From the NCBI GenBank assembly GCA_018883305.1, contig VEQI01000001.1:1-58411 (forward strand): a stretch of 58,411 nt of DNA, given 5' to 3'. This DNA is from Limnohabitans sp. Lineage in GTDB: Bacteria > Pseudomonadota > Gammaproteobacteria > Burkholderiales > Burkholderiaceae_C. Both the position numbers and the translations under genes were made by a program. The notes below the pieces were generated by a model that saw only the letters and a program-made list of their open reading frames with translations, searched no databases and was not told where the DNA came from. Shown one piece after another: positions 55,801-58,411 of the stretch. Numbering within the stretch: the first letter of the stretch is position 1; each line of letters begins with the position of its first letter.

Positions 55801-57048
55801 ATGCACCACGCGCCCACGCCGGCGGCCCGCGCCGACCAAACCCTGTCCTACAACATGAAGCTGCTGGCGCACCATGAGCTGGCCGGCTTTGGCGGTCTGG
55901 GTGAAGGCATGGCCATGCAACAGACCTCGGATGGACGTCGCATTCTGTGGCTGGCGCATGAGTCGGCGCCAAAGAATTTTTCGGGGGTGGATGTCACGGA
56001 TCCGCGCAACCCCAAGCTGATCGTGCAAACCGATCTGCCGCACATGAAGCTGCGCTCCAACTCGCTGGACGTGGTGGGTGACACCATGGTGGTGGCGTAC
56101 CAGACCAGCACCGTCGGCCTCAAGCCAGCGGGCATTGACATCTTTGACATCAGCCGGCCCGAGACGCCTCGGCTGATTTCCCACTTCGATTGTTCAGGCC
56201 CGCATTCACGCGGCGTGCATGCCGTGTGGTTTGTGGATGGCCGCTATGTACACATGTCCGCCGGTGCGCCCGACTTTCAGCCACGCAACCCGCTGGATGA
56301 CCAGTTCTACCGCGTGATCGACCTGATCAATCCCAGCAAGCCGGTGGAGGTGGGGCGTTGGTGGTATCCCGGCACCCGCGAGGGTGACGAGGCACCGCCA
56401 CCGCCACGCTTGCCCGCGCAGTTCGACACGGGCTTTCGCACACACAACACCAATGTCTTTCCGCAGCGTCCTGATCGCGCTTTTCTGGGCTACATCGACG
56501 GTGGCTCCATCGTGCTGGACATCTCCGACCTGAGCAACATGCGCGTGGTCTCGAAGTGGAACCACTCGCCGCCGTTCAACGGTTTCACGCACACCACGCT
56601 GCCGCTGTTCGATCGTGGCCTGTGGATCGTCAGCGATGAATGCGTGCAAGACAACGGCGCCGACTGGCCCAAGCTGGTCTGGGTGGTGGACGCACGCAAC
56701 GAAGCCAATCCCGTCCCCATCGGCACCTTCCCGGCGCCGTCCTATGAGGCGTTTGCCAAACGGGGCGGCCGCTTTGGCGCGCACAACCTGCATGAGAACC
56801 TGCCGCTGCCCACGTCATTCCAGTCAGACACGCTGATCATCGGTTCGTTTTTCAACGCCGGGGTGCGTGTGTATGACACCTCCAATCCCTACCAGGTGCA
56901 AGAGGTGGCCTACTTTGTCCCCGGGGCGCCCAAGCTGTCACCCGTGGGGGCCATTCAGCTCAACGATGTGTTCGTGGATGATCGACGCATCGTCTACACG
57001 GTGGACCGCTTCACCGGGGGCGTCTACATCCTTGAAATGAACCTCTGA
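55801..57048 (+). CDS. LVIVD-repeat (beta-propeller) protein
   Basis: Repeated units GVDVTDPRNPK, IFDISRPETP, VIDLINPSKP, VLDISDLSN, VVDARNEANP and VYDTSNPYQ. Confidence 0.85.
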   Translation: MHHAPTPAARADQTLSYNMKLLAHHELAGFGGLGEGMAMQQTSDGRRILWLAHESAPKNFSGVDVTDPRNPKLIVQTDLPHMKLRSNSLDVVGDTMVVAYQTSTVGLKPAGIDIFDISRPETPRLISHFDCSGPHSRGVHAVWFVDGRYVHMSAGAPDFQPRNPLDDQFYRVIDLINPSKPVEVGRWWYPGTREGDEAPPPPRLPAQFDTGFRTHNTNVFPQRPDRAFLGYIDGGSIVLDISDLSNMRVVSKWNHSPPFNGFTHTTLPLFDRGLWIVSDECVQDNGADWPKLVWVVDARNEANPVPIGTFPAPSYEAFAKRGGRFGAHNLHENLPLPTSFQSDTLIIGSFFNAGVRVYDTSNPYQVQEVAYFVPGAPKLSPVGAIQLNDVFVDDRRIVYTVDRFTGGVYILEMNL

Positions 57049-57065
57049 GCCCCGGGCTCACCCGC

Positions 57066-58151
57066 ATGAGCTTTCAGCGCGACCCTCTGGCAGGCAAGAT
57101 CCCGGTTTCGCTGATCACCGGGTTTCTGGGCAGTGGCAAGACCACGCTGATTTCGCGCCTGGTGCGTCACCCCGACATGAACCGGGTGGCGGTGGTCATC
57201 AACGAGGTGGGCGAGATCGGCATTGATCACGACCTGGTCAGTCAATCCTCTGAGAACATCAGCTTGCTGGCCAATGGCTGCATTTGCTGCTCGGTGCGTA
57301 CCGACTTGCAGGAAACGCTGCGGGACTTGTTTGCGCGTCGCCATGCCGGTGAGATCTTTGATTTCGACCGCGTCATCATCGAAACCACCGGCCTGGCCGA
57401 CCCGGCCCCGGTCCTTCAGACCCTGATCAATGATGCCCTCATTGGTGCCCGGTTCCGGCTCGATGGACTGGTGGCGCTGGTGGATGCGGTGAATGGCCTG
57501 GGCACCCTGGACACCATGCCCGAAGCGGTCAAGCAGGTGGCGGTGGCAGATCGTCTGTTCATCAGCAAGTCCGATCTGGCCAGCCCCGACACACTGAGCA
57601 CCTTGCAGCAACGACTGGCAGACCTGAATCCGCTGGCACGGCAAGGGACGGTGGTGCACGGCGACCTTGCCCCCCGCGAACTGATGGATCTGGGCTTGAC
57701 CTCGGCACGTGCAAACGACCAGACCCTGCGTTTCCTCGGAGAGTCGATTGAGACTCCGGTGACCGAAACGGGTTCGGCGGGCCGTTACCTGGGCGATCGC
57801 CCGGCTCGGCACGACCCGTCGTTGCGCACACTGTCACTGCGATTCCAGCATCCGTTCAGCTGGTCGGCTTTTTCCAATGCACTGGACCTGCTCACTCAGA
57901 TGCGTGGCCCAGACCTGTTGCGCGTCAAGGGCATTGTCAACGTGGATGGCCAACCCGTGATCGTGCAAGGCGTGCAACATTTATTTCATCCGCCCGTCGA
58001 ACTGGATCAGTGGCCCAGCCAGGACCGGGATTCACGTCTGGTGTTCATCACACGTCACATCGAGGCCGAAGTGATTCGTCGGTTGTTCGATGTCGTTGGC
58101 CAACTGGGGCTGGGTTCAGCCCAACCCGTGGGCGTGTCACCCACTGGCTGA
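57066..58151 (+). CDS. COG0523/CobW family metallochaperone GTPase
   Basis: GFLGSGKTT, NEVGE, NGCICCS, IETTGLADP and SKSD. CobW_C region LLRVKG..QGVQH..LVFI. Confidence 0.94.
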   Translation: MSFQRDPLAGKIPVSLITGFLGSGKTTLISRLVRHPDMNRVAVVINEVGEIGIDHDLVSQSSENISLLANGCICCSVRTDLQETLRDLFARRHAGEIFDFDRVIIETTGLADPAPVLQTLINDALIGARFRLDGLVALVDAVNGLGTLDTMPEAVKQVAVADRLFISKSDLASPDTLSTLQQRLADLNPLARQGTVVHGDLAPRELMDLGLTSARANDQTLRFLGESIETPVTETGSAGRYLGDRPARHDPSLRTLSLRFQHPFSWSAFSNALDLLTQMRGPDLLRVKGIVNVDGQPVIVQGVQHLFHPPVELDQWPSQDRDSRLVFITRHIEAEVIRRLFDVVGQLGLGSAQPVGVSPTG

Positions 58152-58210
58152 CGTCGACACACTTGCATTCGTGATTTAACCGCAGCATCACACACCACCA
58201 GGAGACCAGC

Positions 58211-58300
58211 ATGACGAATGAACACACCACTTCACACCGCACGGCGTGGCGGCCCTCACGGCGCACACTGGCCACCTGGCTGCTGGGCGTGGGTCTCGGC
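58211..58300 (+). CDS. 5' fragment of an exported protein with Tat-like leader (probably another solute-binding protein)
   Basis: AGGAGA RBS and MTNEHTTSHRTAWRPSRRTLATWLLGVGLG. The downstream sequence switches character. Confidence 0.5.
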
Positions 58301-58411
58301 CAGCTTCTTCAGCTCGGCATCGAACTTCGCGTCCTTGGCAGCCAGGTCGGTGGCCAGCTGGCCCTTGGCCTTGGCCAGTTCCGCCTGCGCGTCCTCACCC
58401 AGCTTCTGGTA
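58280..58411 (-). other. Fragment of an unrelated coiled-coil CDS (probable chimeric join)
   Basis: The minus strand reads YQKLGEDAQAELAKAKGQLATDLAAKDAKFDAELKKLAETHAQQ with near-uniform G/C third positions. Confidence 0.55.

Noticed and set aside
1-58411. CRISPR arrays, tRNA/rRNA, IS elements, prophage or defence genes
   Set aside because: I saw no regularly spaced repeats, cloverleaf-like sequences, or transposase/integrase motifs. Intergenic gaps are short.

Overview
This GC-rich (about 60% by eye), gene-dense window looks betaproteobacterial, probably Burkholderiales/Comamonadaceae; that is inferred from the large expansion of Bug/TctC genes. It is a mosaic of catabolic and uptake modules. 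These include 11 complete Bug/TctC solute-binding proteins with no TctA/TctB, one complete Liv-type ABC transporter, four SDRs, four D-2-hydroxyacid dehydrogenases and tandem class II aldolases. There are also acyl-CoA modules, an LLM monooxygenase/amidohydrolase/racemase/Ldh operon, a LVIVD + COG0523 GTPase pair, arfB and a hybrid histidine kinase. I saw no RNA genes, CRISPR arrays or mobile elements. Five observations stand out. (1) A 12.5 kb island (26.8-39.5 kb) has three Rieske oxygenases and one reductase, which is translationally coupled to a hemerythrin, and three of its promoter regions share a DNA motif. (2) A two-gene unit at 41.6-42.7 kb encodes a truncated-globin-like domain that appears to lack the proximal His, fused to a YbjN-like domain, followed by a small secreted six-Cys protein. 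(3) An identically spaced LysR-type box is shared by the Bug at 823 and the acyl-CoA dehydrogenase operon. (4) A MmgE/PrpD enzyme carries a Tat-like leader. (5) The last ~120 bp probably contain a chimeric junction. All product calls come from motif recognition by eye; no database searches were run.
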